The notes under the pieces: model-generated
Seen by the model: the letters and a program-made list of their open reading frames with translations, nothing else
Databases searched by the model: none
Told to the model about the DNA's origin: nothing
Program-made: the position numbers and the translations under genes
Part shown: positions 10,612-21,367 of the stretch, in pieces
Position numbering within the stretch: the first letter of the stretch is position 1
Layout of the letters: each line of letters begins with the position of its first letter
NCBI GenBank assembly: GCA_004524445.1
Contig: SDNP01000001.1
Coordinates: 64,001 to 128,000 of the forward strand
Direction of reading: 5' to 3'
Length of the DNA stretch: 64,000 nt
Source of the DNA: Candidatus Thorarchaeota archaeon
GTDB taxonomy: Archaea > Asgardarchaeota > Thorarchaeia > Thorarchaeales > Thorarchaeaceae

Positions 10612-13600
10612 CTACTCCCTCAGCATCTCTTCGATTTGGTCGAGGAAACTCTTCTCACGCCACCAACGGAGGTCTCTGGCTCCAGTTGGACATATTGCAC
10701 AGCATGCACCACAGCCCTCACATCTCATCTCATCGGTCACGCTCTTCTTAACACCAGGCTCAACTTCTACCATACTCACTGCATCATAGGGGCAGATCTC
10801 AGAGTAATGGCATAGATCGCAACCTACACAGAGATCTTGATCAACTTCCGCAGTCAATAGTTCGATCTCTACAGTACCGAGTGTTAATGGTATTGAGGCC
10901 TGACTTGCTGCACCTCTTGACTGATTTATCGAGTCGGCAACATTCTTTGCATATGTTACACCCAAGAAGATTCCCGGTACAGTTGTTTCAACAGGTCTGA
11001 ACTTCATGTGCATCTCTGCTAGAAAACCATCTTGACTCTTGTTAATGCCTAAGGCTTTAACCAGTTCATTGACATCATGTGGGGCTTCAAGTCCCACAGC
11101 AAGAACTACCATGTCGGATTGAATCTTCAGAGTTTCTTGAGACAATGTGTCGTAAATTGTTACAATCGCCTCATCACTGTCTTCTGCCTTTTCAACTGTG
11201 ATGGGATTCTCCCTGACCCAGCGAAGGTATGAAACGCCATTTTGCCTATTCTCTCTCCACATCTCTTCCATATTGTTGGCGTAGGGACGGATGTGTTCTT
11301 TATAGGCAGAGAAGATCCTAATATCTGGAAACCTCTCTCTTAGCTCTTTCTGCATAGCAATGACTGCAGAGCAACAGACACGAGAACAGTACTTATTCCC
11401 CTCACCAGGCGTCTGCCTTGAACCTACGCAATGAATAAAGACCGGGTTCTTTGGAGGCTTCTTAATTTCACCAGCTTTGAGTTTCTCTTCTAGGTCTTGA
11501 GTTGTAATGACTGCTGGAGTTTCTTCCCAACCATATTCGCCCTTCTCCGGCTCGTATGTATCATTCCCAACTGCAACCACCATCGAACCTATGGTATGTG
11601 TGGTTTCCTCCCCAGTTTTCAGATTCCTCACCGTCATATCATAGTTTCCGTAGGATCCATCTCGTTCAACGACTTTGGAGTTCAGAAGCACCTTGATTCT
11701 CTTTTCCTTTTCTACTCTTGAGGTCAGGTCCTTCACAATATCCTCTGCGTTCTCCATATTGGGAAATACATGATAGAGCCTGTTCAGACGACCGCCCAAT
11801 TTGTCTTCTTTTTCCACGAGAATGACATCAAATCCCTTGCTAGCTAAATCTAGGGCTGCACTCATTCCAGAAACTCCGCCACCAACTACCATGGAGGTGA
11901 GGGTTACTTCTACTCTCTCGACAGGAACAAATTCATTATTAATTGCCTTAGCAACACCGCTCCTGATCAGGTCTTGGGCCTTTTCTTGCCGCACCTCTGG
12001 AGGTGCATTGGCATTAACCAAGGCTAGATGCTCTCGTAGACCCACGGGCCCAACAAGGTAGTATCCTGAAAGACCTGCGGCTCTCAAAGCAGACCTGAAG
12101 GTGGCTTCATGTTGAAGCGGCGAACACGAACCGACAACAACTCTGTTGAGGTTATGTTCCTTTATTGCCTCAGTAATCATTTCTTGCCCCGGATCACTGC
12201 ACATGAATAGATAATCAGTACTGTACGCTACTCCTGGGATGTCTTTTGCCCACTCCGCTAATGCTGGCGCGTCAATGACGTTTCCGATAATTCCCCCACA
12301 GTGGCAGACAAAGACACCAACTCTTGCTTCCTCTCCCTCCGGAAGTGGAGCAATTTTGTCCGGTGGTTCGCTTTCAGGTATGGGTAAGTAATTATGAGCT
12401 GCCAGTGCTGCTCCTTTACCTTCATTCACAGTATCAGTGCCATCTTTCGGGCCATGGATGCATCCAGCCATGAAAATGCCTGGTCGGGTCGTTTCCAAGG
12501 CTGCCTGATTGGGATGTTTCTCCTTGAGCCATCCTGTATCTCCCAACTCAATATTCAGAGTCTTGGCCAGTTTCTCATGCCCTTCATTAGGTCTAAAACT
12601 ACAGTTGAGAACTACCATGGATACATCTTCAATCTCCATGATTTCTCCCGTATCGGTATCCTCCATCTTCACTGATAGGTCATGAGTGTCTAGGTCTTCA
12701 GAGATTTCAGCAACTCTCCCTCTGATGAAGTCTATACCGTGGTTATGTTGACTATCCCAAAGAAACTCTTCGAGTGCCTTGCCCGCCGTCCTCATATCCA
12801 TATAGGTGTAAATGATCTCACAGTGGTCCTCGGGATAATGCATCCTGGTGGCTTGTGCAAGCTTGAGTCCGAAAGAACAACAGACGCGATTACAATGATC
12901 GCTATAGCCCTGTACCACTTCTCTTACATCTCTGCTCCCTACACAATTGACAAATAGGACTTTTTCGGGCTCTCTTCCATCAGAAGGTCTGACCATATGT
13001 GCATCGGTCGGTCCTGTTGGATGGGTCTGACGATCATACTCTAACGAAGTAACCACGTTTGGAAATACACCATAACCATACTCGCCATAATCAACCGGTT
13101 TGTATTCTTGGAATCCAGTGGCAACAATAATGGAGCCAACATTGAGATCGAATACCTTATCCTCATCTTCGTAATTGATACAATCCTGAGGGCACACTCC
13201 GGCACACGTGCCGCAACCAATACAAGCGTCTCTATCAATGGTGGCAACAAGCGGAATCTGCTGTGGGAAATTCAAGTAAATCGCTTTTCTAGTCGAGAGA
13301 CCGAAGTCATAGGGATTTGGCACCTCGACTGGACAGTTTCTGATACACATCTTGCAGCCAGTACACTTGTCTTCATCGACATATCTGGCCTTTTTGCGCA
13401 CTGAAACAGTGAAGTCGCCCGCTCGACCCTTTACCTTCTCAACTTCCGAGAGAGCATGAATTGTGATATTCGGATGCTTTCCAACGAATGATGTCAGAGG
13501 GGTCATAACACAGGCTGAACATTCGAGCATCGGGAATATCTTATAGATCGCAACGTAGTTTCCGCCGATATTCACTGTCTTCTCGATGATGTGAGCATGA

Positions 13601-13716
13601 TGTCCAGCATCTGCCAAATCCAATGCTGCGCTGATGCCAGCCATGCCGCCGCCTATGATGGCAACATCTGTGGGTTTTTGTTTGTCTGAGGTCTTCATTG
13701 CTGAGTCACTGGTCAT
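10612..13716 (-). CDS. hdrA: Second tandem HdrA-like flavoprotein (no MvhD domain)
   Basis: GGGMAG and GGGVSG FAD motifs, KIFPMLECSAC, CVGSR..CNRVCC, several ferredoxin motifs. Confidence 0.88.
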   Translation of the reverse strand: MTSDSAMKTSDKQKPTDVAIIGGGMAGISAALDLADAGHHAHIIEKTVNIGGNYVAIYKIFPMLECSACVMTPLTSFVGKHPNITIHALSEVEKVKGRAGDFTVSVRKKARYVDEDKCTGCKMCIRNCPVEVPNPYDFGLSTRKAIYLNFPQQIPLVATIDRDACIGCGTCAGVCPQDCINYEDEDKVFDLNVGSIIVATGFQEYKPVDYGEYGYGVFPNVVTSLEYDRQTHPTGPTDAHMVRPSDGREPEKVLFVNCVGSRDVREVVQGYSDHCNRVCCSFGLKLAQATRMHYPEDHCEIIYTYMDMRTAGKALEEFLWDSQHNHGIDFIRGRVAEISEDLDTHDLSVKMEDTDTGEIMEIEDVSMVVLNCSFRPNEGHEKLAKTLNIELGDTGWLKEKHPNQAALETTRPGIFMAGCIHGPKDGTDTVNEGKGAALAAHNYLPIPESEPPDKIAPLPEGEEARVGVFVCHCGGIIGNVIDAPALAEWAKDIPGVAYSTDYLFMCSDPGQEMITEAIKEHNLNRVVVGSCSPLQHEATFRSALRAAGLSGYYLVGPVGLREHLALVNANAPPEVRQEKAQDLIRSGVAKAINNEFVPVERVEVTLTSMVVGGGVSGMSAALDLASKGFDVILVEKEDKLGGRLNRLYHVFPNMENAEDIVKDLTSRVEKEKRIKVLLNSKVVERDGSYGNYDMTVRNLKTGEETTHTIGSMVVAVGNDTYEPEKGEYGWEETPAVITTQDLEEKLKAGEIKKPPKNPVFIHCVGSRQTPGEGNKYCSRVCCSAVIAMQKELRERFPDIRIFSAYKEHIRPYANNMEEMWRENRQNGVSYLRWVRENPITVEKAEDSDEAIVTIYDTLSQETLKIQSDMVVLAVGLEAPHDVNELVKALGINKSQDGFLAEMHMKFRPVETTVPGIFLGVTYAKNVADSINQSRGAASQASIPLTLGTVEIELLTAEVDQDLCVGCDLCHYSEICPYDAVSMVEVEPGVKKSVTDEMRCEGCGACCAICPTGARDLRWWREKSFLDQIEEMLRE

Positions 13717-13889
13717 TGACCATACCTCTTAGGGCTTTGCGCCAACGCGACCGTTGACAGCTTGGACGATATAATCTTTCTGTCGTGGCGAAGAGCGTTA
13801 CACCACCTCCAAATAATGTCCGCGAAAGGAAAGACATTTCAATCCCTAATAGCACTGATTTAACCAAGAGGAGATCTAGAGGGTATATC

Positions 13890-14378
13890 ATGCCTGAAAT
13901 ACAGGAACCTCATCAATGGGTGCCTGCTGCCTTGCTTTTGTTGATTCTCCTATTCTTTCCCTTTATGCTCCAGATCCAACGTGATTTTGTTTATTCGGAC
14001 TTGAATTTCTCTTGGTGGGCTTGGGTCTATACAATATACTCCGACGGAATTCGAATCACGTCGCTTTGGAGCTTTCTTGGTAAATCATATGATACGATTC
14101 TCTATCTAGCTTTCATTATCGCGCTTGAGAGATATTACATGAGGAAATCAAGCCTAAGAGTGGTCAAGATTCTTGGAGTGGTCAGCATATTTCCCCGTCT
14201 TCTTCCAACTATATCTAATCTTCTGATTTCGGTACTCAGCTTCGGTGGAGATTATCTGCTTATTGGCATTCCTTTGCCATTGCCCGTCATAGTTGGATCT
14301 ATTTTTCTGCACTGCAAGCCTTTGCCTCCATCAGAGCATGAGTGGCTAGAAGAGGCAAAACACCACTGGGAATCTTGA
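13890..14378 (+). CDS. Small multi-pass membrane protein; probable paralog of 63462-63965
   Basis: Hydrophobic helices; C-terminal IPLPLPVIVG...PP..W.EE. Start ATG 13890 preferred. Confidence 0.6.
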   Translation: MPEIQEPHQWVPAALLLLILLFFPFMLQIQRDFVYSDLNFSWWAWVYTIYSDGIRITSLWSFLGKSYDTILYLAFIIALERYYMRKSSLRVVKILGVVSIFPRLLPTISNLLISVLSFGGDYLLIGIPLPLPVIVGSIFLHCKPLPPSEHEWLEEAKHHWES

Positions 14379-14516
14379 TAATTAGAGTTCATACTCTTGC
14401 ATCTGTTTCCTGTTTTACACATACCGTGTAGTAGAATGCGCTATGTTAACAGGTATATGTCATATTGAATCATGCTAGCAAACTGACCCTACCAGATTGA
14501 TTGTAGAATCAATATC

Positions 14517-15287
14517 CTATGATTTCTTTCTGTAATATGCTTCCCAAGATATTGGGTCAGAATAACCTAGCTTTTCTGCGAGTCTTATTGATGCTAAATT
14601 AGAGGCATCCCAGTGAGGAACCATGTCATTCTCGAGGGCATACTCGATAAGAGTTGCTGAAACAGCGGTTGCAAGCCCTCTTCTCCTATAAGAGGGATCA
14701 TCCACTGTATCAACCTGAACCTCAAATTCATCAATAAATGGAAATGCAGAATATGCCAAGCTGACAATCCGTTTTCCATAGACCGCACAAAATCCGACTC
14801 CCTGTTTGAGCAGCCCGTTTATGCTTCCGAAATGGAGGTCTATGGTTCTGCGAACTGCCGGATATACAGTTCGAAGATTATCACGGTTTATCCTCTGCAA
14901 GTCAACCTCTGCAGGAATCTTCTGCTTCAAGTGGCGAATTTCTGTGAGATCAAGCGAATCCGGACTAAATCTCGTTCTTTTTTGTATTCGCAACTCATCT
15001 CCGTACTTCTCCTTAACAAGTGAGTTCCAATCTTCAGTTGGCACAATTATGATGTTTAGATACGGAATCCTATCTACAAGCAGATGAGATTCTTCAGAGT
15101 GGGCGATTCCGGCTAGGAAATTAATCGGATGATAATGAAACCACGCCACGTTTGGATTGGCCTGAGAATCCACTCTCACATAGCCAAGACCCAGCCTCAT
15201 GAGCTGAAACAAGATTGCTCTTGCATTGTCATGTTCAGCAAATAGGTGTTCAATTTTACTTCTCTCTTGCATCCATACTTCAAACAA
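14517..15287 (-). CDS. GNAT family acetyltransferase
   Basis: Acetyl-CoA motif YRRRGLA; WDASNLASIRLAEKLGY. Confidence 0.85.
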   Translation of the reverse strand: MFEVWMQERSKIEHLFAEHDNARAILFQLMRLGLGYVRVDSQANPNVAWFHYHPINFLAGIAHSEESHLLVDRIPYLNIIIVPTEDWNSLVKEKYGDELRIQKRTRFSPDSLDLTEIRHLKQKIPAEVDLQRINRDNLRTVYPAVRRTIDLHFGSINGLLKQGVGFCAVYGKRIVSLAYSAFPFIDEFEVQVDTVDDPSYRRRGLATAVSATLIEYALENDMVPHWDASNLASIRLAEKLGYSDPISWEAYYRKKS

Positions 15288-15469
15288 ATTAGGGTCCTCA
15301 ATGTATCAGTGAAAATCCTAGCATTATGATGTAATCACTGTTCTCTGTGTCATAATTTATTTCTTTTGACGTGTTTTTGAGCTATGCACAGCTATGTACA
15401 TATGCACGGCTTTATTTAAAAATCGGGAAATATCACCCTGTATCCAAAAATATGTGGGTGTTGTGGTGC

Positions 15470-16498
15470 ATGCGTTATATCAAGATATCAAAAGAGAATA
15501 CATACAAGTTCCTAGAGCGACTCAAGGAGGTGGGAACTCTTCATGCCCCAATGAAGATTTCAGAGAAGTTCTATGATTTTTGCGAAGTTGATGATGTAAA
15601 GGAAGTTGCCTTCGAATACAATCGAACCATCAGACCCCCTCGTCGCTTTTTCTACCCTGAAGAGGAGGTTATGTTCAAATTTGACACAGCTCGGGTGGAA
15701 ATGTATGAAAACACCCCGCGAGACGAGAGAGTAATCCTATTTGGAGTGCATAATTGTGACATTGTTGGTCTACGAATTATGGACTCTGTATTCATGGACG
15801 AGCAACCGGACCCCTACTATCAAAAAAGGAGAAAGAATGGCATAATCATTGGGCTGTCTTGCCTTCCAGATGAATACTGTTTCTGCAATGTGAGACGCAT
15901 TGAATTTGTGGACGCAGGTTTTGACTTGTTTTTCCATGAGCTGCCCGATGGATATTTGGTGAGGGTTGGAACTGTGACTGGTCACAAGCTAGTAGATCCT
16001 CATCCCGAACTCTTTGAGGAAATCACCAAAGAGGACACCAAAAACCTGGAAGAATTCGAAGCGAAAAAGGCAAGCATGTGGACGGTGAAGGGCAACTGGG
16101 ATGACCTGAGATACTTTCTTGAGATGCGAATGGATCATGAAATGTATGACCGAGAGAGCGATAAATGCCTAGGTTGTGGGAATTGTACTCTAACCTGTCC
16201 AACTTGTCGCTGTCACACGTATAGGGATATCCCAAGTATTGATGGACGTACGGGTGAGAGAATGAAATACTGGGACTCCTGTCAGTTCCGTTCACACGGG
16301 CTTGTTGCGGGGCCTCACAATTTCCGACCCACCAAGAAGTCGAGATTCTTTAATCGCTATCAGTGCAAGAATGCATATTGTCCCGATACAACTACTGCGT
16401 ACTGTGTAGGATGCGGAAGATGCACCTATTTCTGTCCTGCTGAAATCAACTTCAAGAAAAACCTCATGGAGATTGGTGGCTATACGGAGGCGATCTAA
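15470..16498 (+). CDS. hydB: Group 3b (sulf)hydrogenase beta subunit, Fe-S
   Basis: CLGCGNCTLTCPTC and CVGCGRCTYFCP; first gene of a BGDA operon. Start ATG 15470 preferred. Confidence 0.85.
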   Translation: MRYIKISKENTYKFLERLKEVGTLHAPMKISEKFYDFCEVDDVKEVAFEYNRTIRPPRRFFYPEEEVMFKFDTARVEMYENTPRDERVILFGVHNCDIVGLRIMDSVFMDEQPDPYYQKRRKNGIIIGLSCLPDEYCFCNVRRIEFVDAGFDLFFHELPDGYLVRVGTVTGHKLVDPHPELFEEITKEDTKNLEEFEAKKASMWTVKGNWDDLRYFLEMRMDHEMYDRESDKCLGCGNCTLTCPTCRCHTYRDIPSIDGRTGERMKYWDSCQFRSHGLVAGPHNFRPTKKSRFFNRYQCKNAYCPDTTTAYCVGCGRCTYFCPAEINFKKNLMEIGGYTEAI

Positions 16499-17365
16499 TT
16501 GACTAATAACAATGGCTCTAAGGAGAATATTTACGATACAAACAAGTGTAGGCTACTCAGAAGATATCCCCTGACTGAACAAGAGGATCTGTTCTTATTT
16601 CGCTTTGAAGATTCTGAAGTTGCACAGAACTGGCGCTTTAAGCCCGGTCAATTTGTTCAGGTTTCTCTACTTGGTCTTGGAGAAGTGCCAATATCTATCT
16701 GCTCATCGGCGAGAAGGATGGGCTTCTTTGAATTGTGCATACGAAATGCGGGAAAGGTCACTTCACAAATCCATGAGCTAGAACCAGGCGACCTGGTTGG
16801 TATCAGAGGACCATATGGAAACGGATTTCCTATGGAGCAGTTCCACGGACGAGACCTACTGTGCGTAGCTGCAGGACTTGGAATGGCACCACTACGGTCA
16901 GTATTTCTCTATGCTATTGATAACCGATGGCAATTTGGAAACATCACCATAATCAATACTGCAAAGTATGGCAAGGAATTGCTGTTTGAAAAAGAACTGG
17001 AAGCAATGAAGGATATTGCTACCGCTGAGAATATTGCGATTGTTCAAAGCGTCACGAGAGACCCCGAGTACCCAAGCCTGCATGGAAGAGCGACCGAACA
17101 TATGGACAAGGCCAATGTCGATCCCAATAATTGTGCTGTGGCAATGTGTGGTCCACCTGCAATGTATCGCGGCATGTTTGACCACTTGGTTGAGTCTGGT
17201 TACGATCCACGCTACATATGGGTCACTCTAGAGCGAAAAATGTACTGTGGGACTGGAAAATGTGGACACTGTAACATCGGTACGGCGACCTCATGGAAGT
17301 ATGCCTGTAAGGATGGTCCGGTGTTTGACTACTATGCAATAAATTCGATTCCGGGGTTGATATGA
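16499..17365 (+). CDS. hydG: Group 3b hydrogenase gamma subunit (FAD/NAD(P), 2Fe-2S)
   Basis: PGQF, GPYGNGF, CGPP, CGTGKCGHC, CKDGPVF. Confidence 0.88.
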   Translation: MTNNNGSKENIYDTNKCRLLRRYPLTEQEDLFLFRFEDSEVAQNWRFKPGQFVQVSLLGLGEVPISICSSARRMGFFELCIRNAGKVTSQIHELEPGDLVGIRGPYGNGFPMEQFHGRDLLCVAAGLGMAPLRSVFLYAIDNRWQFGNITIINTAKYGKELLFEKELEAMKDIATAENIAIVQSVTRDPEYPSLHGRATEHMDKANVDPNNCAVAMCGPPAMYRGMFDHLVESGYDPRYIWVTLERKMYCGTGKCGHCNIGTATSWKYACKDGPVFDYYAINSIPGLI

Positions 17366-17366
17366 G

Positions 17367-18185
17367 ATGGCCATAATTGACGAATGCAGAACTGATTGCA
17401 AACCAAGGGTCGGTGTATACGGGCTTACTTCTTGTTATGGTTGTCAGCTGAAGCTAGCTACCGTTCAGAAGATAATGGAGATAGCAGATGCTGTTCAAAT
17501 CGAGAGCTTCTATATGATGTCCAGCAATAGCAAGATTCCCGCAGATGTGGATATCGCTTTTGTTGAGGGGTCCGTTTCGACCGAGAAGGATCTGAACGAA
17601 TTGATAGAAATACGAAAACACTCACGCGTTCTTGTCGCATTGGGCGCTTGTGCGGTCCATGGGGGTGTACAGAGTTGGGCGGAAGGAGAGATGGACATTG
17701 ATAAACTCCACTCAACCGTTTACGGTGATGCTGAAATAAACATGAAGCCGCTTCAAGCAACTCCAATAGAACAACATGTTGAGGTCGACTATTCTCTTCC
17801 CGGTTGCCCGCCCGAGGAAGATGAGTTGATGTATTTCATCTCTGCCTTCTTGTTTGGCACCTATCCGGAGCCAAAGGACTATCCGGTCTGTGCTGAGTGT
17901 CGCCTTGCAGGAAATCCTTGCATCCTTATTGAGCGAGATGCTCCCTGTTTAGGGCCTGTCATCACTGCAGGGTGCAAGGCAAGGTGTCCTTCATTCAATG
18001 TGCCATGTGTAGGTTGTAGAGGTCCAGTACCATATGAAACAGCCTGGTTTGACTCCTTGGCTAAGACATTTCGGATGAAAGGGATGGATGAGGAATTCAT
18101 CCGGGATAGAATGCGTGTATTTGGGGCACATAATCCCAATCTTGAGCCTATGCTCAAAAGAATATTCGGAGAGGAGAAAGAATGA
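17367..18185 (+). CDS. hydD: Group 3b hydrogenase small (delta) subunit
   Basis: SCYGC, GACA, PGCPP, CLGP..GC..CP..CVGCRGP. Confidence 0.88.
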   Translation: MAIIDECRTDCKPRVGVYGLTSCYGCQLKLATVQKIMEIADAVQIESFYMMSSNSKIPADVDIAFVEGSVSTEKDLNELIEIRKHSRVLVALGACAVHGGVQSWAEGEMDIDKLHSTVYGDAEINMKPLQATPIEQHVEVDYSLPGCPPEEDELMYFISAFLFGTYPEPKDYPVCAECRLAGNPCILIERDAPCLGPVITAGCKARCPSFNVPCVGCRGPVPYETAWFDSLAKTFRMKGMDEEFIRDRMRVFGAHNPNLEPMLKRIFGEEKE

Positions 18186-19519
18186 CATCCACTGAAAAGA
18201 AGAAATCAAGTAAGAAATCGAAACTAACTCGTCCAATCAATGTTGATCACATTGCCCGAATTGAGGGAAAGGCTGGCATTGAGGTCATTTATGACGGAAA
18301 GGATGTTGAAGTTGTAAATGTGAATGTCTTCGAGGGACCACGGTACTTCGAGGCCATAACACTGGGCAAGCCTCTCGAAGAAGCTGCAGCTGTCTTTCCC
18401 CGAGTCTGTTCGTTTTGTGCTGCAGCACACAAGATTACTGCAGTTGAAGCAATAGAGGATGCCATCGGCCTAGATTCTACAGAACAGACGAAAAAATTCC
18501 GAGAACTGTTATACATAGGCGACTATCTTGAGAGCCATGCACTCCATCTCTTCCTACTGGTCTTACCAGACTTTCTTGGATACCCTGATGCCTTCACAAT
18601 GGCAAAGGACTATCCTGATACTGTGAAGGCTGGAATGAAAATGAAAGACATCGGCGCAGATATCCAGACCATTATTGGTTCTCGGTATATCCATCAGGAA
18701 AATCTACTCATTGGCGGTTTCGGTTCTCTCCCCACAAAGAGCAAGCTCCTCGCTCTAGCCAGTAGATTGAAATATCTGCGAAATGAATCTGAAGAGGCCC
18801 TGGAACACCTTCTCAGCTATCGTAATTGGCCTGAAGTTAAAGCTTCTCGCAATCATCTTGCTCTGCAACCTCGAGGTAAGCACTATACAATGTTTGGGAA
18901 CGAAATCCACTCAACTGATGGTGGAAAGTTCAAGAATGATGCATATAAGATGAGAATTTCAGAATCTGTGGTTCCACATTCGTTTGCAAAGCATTCTCAC
19001 TATAATAATGCTCCATTCATGACTGGCGCACTATCTCGATATACACTCTTCAATGGCATGCTTGAGGGGCGAGCGAAAGAACTCGCAGGAATGTACGAAA
19101 CTTATCTTGATCCAGATAATCCAATGTCCAACAATTTCGCTCAGGCTATCGAACTCGTCTATTACACTCATAAGGCAGAAGCTATTAGTCGCGATTTAGC
19201 TGATAATTTGAAACGCTATGAGCAGCGGATAAAACCGAGGATTGTACCTGGAACAGGAGTATCTGTAACAGAGGCTCCAAGGGGGCTATTGGCATATACA
19301 ATAGGGGTTGACAAAAACGGGAGAGTCAACAAATGTGATATCATAACGCCCACTGCCATGTTTCTCCCTATAATGGAGGAGGATCTTCAACGGATGTCCC
19401 AAGGGCTGCTGAATAAGGGTCTGAAAGATACCAAAGAGATTGGCGAGAAATTGGAGACTGTTGTCCGCTCTTACGACCCATGTGTATCTTGTAGTGTGCA
19501 TGTGACTGAATTAAAGTGA
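18182..19519 (+). CDS. hydA: Group 3b NiFe hydrogenase large (alpha) subunit
   Basis: RIEGK, L1 RVCSFCAAAH, L2 DPCVSCSVH followed by a short cleavable tail. Confidence 0.92.
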   Translation: MTSTEKKKSSKKSKLTRPINVDHIARIEGKAGIEVIYDGKDVEVVNVNVFEGPRYFEAITLGKPLEEAAAVFPRVCSFCAAAHKITAVEAIEDAIGLDSTEQTKKFRELLYIGDYLESHALHLFLLVLPDFLGYPDAFTMAKDYPDTVKAGMKMKDIGADIQTIIGSRYIHQENLLIGGFGSLPTKSKLLALASRLKYLRNESEEALEHLLSYRNWPEVKASRNHLALQPRGKHYTMFGNEIHSTDGGKFKNDAYKMRISESVVPHSFAKHSHYNNAPFMTGALSRYTLFNGMLEGRAKELAGMYETYLDPDNPMSNNFAQAIELVYYTHKAEAISRDLADNLKRYEQRIKPRIVPGTGVSVTEAPRGLLAYTIGVDKNGRVNKCDIITPTAMFLPIMEEDLQRMSQGLLNKGLKDTKEIGEKLETVVRSYDPCVSCSVHVTELK

Positions 19520-19546
19520 TGCAATAGATTGTGAGGTCAGGGACTC

Positions 19547-21331
19547 ATGCATGGTTACATGGGGAAAATACTCACTGTTAACCTCACAAAAGCAGTAGTC
19601 TCGGAGATCCTGATAGAACCCGCAATCGCTTCATCGTTCATAGGGGGAAGTGGCTATGCAGCACGGTTACTCTATGACTACCTTGATTCAAATGTACACC
19701 CCCTGGCCCCTGAAAATCCCCTTCTATTCATGACTGGCCCCCTGACTGGGACCTTGGCTCCCTGTACGGGACGTCATGTAGTTTGCTCACGTTCTCCCCT
19801 GACTGGACAATGGGGTGAGGCAAATGCCGGTGGTCACTTCGGAGCGAAATTGAAGTCATCGGGGTTTGACGGGATTTTAATTGTAGGTCGGGCATCGTCT
19901 CCAAAATATCTACATCTGTCCGAGGGTGCCTGTAGCATTGAGGACGCAACCAACCTGTGGGGAAAGACTACTGATATTGTTCAGCATGAGTTGCGTGATG
20001 CAATATCTAAGGCAGAATTTGCAGTTATTGGTCCTGCTGGAGAGAACTTAGTACGGTTTGCATCTATTGTAAACGATGAGCGAGTTGCTGCAAGATGCGG
20101 CATGGGCACCATCATGGGATCAAAAAATCTGAAGGCTATAGCTGTTGAAGGAATCTTACGTCCATCAATCCATGACGAGGACTCATTCCGGGATCTCGCT
20201 CTTTCAACAGCAAAAGAGTTGCGCAAGAATCAAACAACACTCTCGGAACAAGGGACTGCGATGTATGTCCAAAGAGGGATGATTGCCAATGATATGCCAG
20301 TGAAATACTTCCAAGAAACAGAGTTTGATGTGGATTCCATTGATGGAGATGCTCTGCGTAGACTACTAACACGCAGATATGCCTGTCATTCGTGCCCAAT
20401 AGGCTGTGGTCGTGTAATATCATTGGAAGAAGCAGGGCTAGACGGAATAGCAGGTCCAGAATACCAGACGATTGCAGCTTTTGGCACCAACTTGAAGATG
20501 TCAGATTTGAAAGAAATATCAGTTATGAACCTACTATGCAATTCTCTAGGTATGGACACAATTAGTTGCGGCAGTATGGTTGCCTTTGCAACTCACCTTT
20601 GTGAATTAGGAAGGCTAGATTGGAATCTCGAATGGAATGACCCGGAGCGCACCCGTTCTTTGATTGAAGATATTGCATATCGCAGAGGACCGGGGAATGA
20701 ACTTGCTGAAGGCTCGCTTAGATTTGCCTCAAAATATGGAGTTGAAAATCTAGCTCTTCAGGTCAACGGGCTGGAGATTCCCAATCATGATCCACGAGCA
20801 TTCGTTGGCTTGGGACTGGTCTATGCGGTATCCGCTCGAGGGGCAAGTCATACGGAAGCCGATATGCACACTGTCGACGTAGGTGTTGATGTTCCCCAAC
20901 TGGGCATTCATGCATCCGATAGGCTTGCTAATGCAGGAAAGGGTGTGACAGTAGCTAAGTGTCAAGATTTTCGAGCATTTCATGATTCGCTGATAATGTG
21001 TCATTTTCCTGAGGTTCCCCCGGATGTGCTTGTCAAGCTCCTCAATTACGGCACTGGGTCTGCATTCTGTACCCAGGACATATTGATGGTTGGTTCTAGA
21101 ATAGTGAATACTAAGCGTCTGTTCAATCTTCGGTGTGGTTTGAAAGTAGAGAACGAGAAACTTCCCCCTCCTTTACTAAAACCTCTAGATGGCAGCATTC
21201 CCGGAGGTATTGTACCGGACATGTCGGCTATGATGAATGAATACTATCAATATCGAGAATGGGATGTGAATACAGGAAAACCATCGTCAAACAAACTGAG
21301 AGAACTCGATTTGAAGATGCATGGTGACTGA
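19547..21331 (+). CDS. Aldehyde:ferredoxin oxidoreductase family protein
   Basis: SPLTG, IGPAGEN, MGSKNLKA, CHSCPIGC, GPEYQT, GMDTIS. Confidence 0.9.
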   Translation: MHGYMGKILTVNLTKAVVSEILIEPAIASSFIGGSGYAARLLYDYLDSNVHPLAPENPLLFMTGPLTGTLAPCTGRHVVCSRSPLTGQWGEANAGGHFGAKLKSSGFDGILIVGRASSPKYLHLSEGACSIEDATNLWGKTTDIVQHELRDAISKAEFAVIGPAGENLVRFASIVNDERVAARCGMGTIMGSKNLKAIAVEGILRPSIHDEDSFRDLALSTAKELRKNQTTLSEQGTAMYVQRGMIANDMPVKYFQETEFDVDSIDGDALRRLLTRRYACHSCPIGCGRVISLEEAGLDGIAGPEYQTIAAFGTNLKMSDLKEISVMNLLCNSLGMDTISCGSMVAFATHLCELGRLDWNLEWNDPERTRSLIEDIAYRRGPGNELAEGSLRFASKYGVENLALQVNGLEIPNHDPRAFVGLGLVYAVSARGASHTEADMHTVDVGVDVPQLGIHASDRLANAGKGVTVAKCQDFRAFHDSLIMCHFPEVPPDVLVKLLNYGTGSAFCTQDILMVGSRIVNTKRLFNLRCGLKVENEKLPPPLLKPLDGSIPGGIVPDMSAMMNEYYQYREWDVNTGKPSSNKLRELDLKMHGD

Positions 21332-21367
21332 TTCTTTGTCCTCATCCGTTAGCTTCATTCGGGGGGG

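Noticed and set aside
2378-13716. Selenocysteine-containing HdrA/MvhD, as known in some Asgard archaea
   Set aside because: Both ORFs are uninterrupted with Cys in the motifs; no in-frame UGA.
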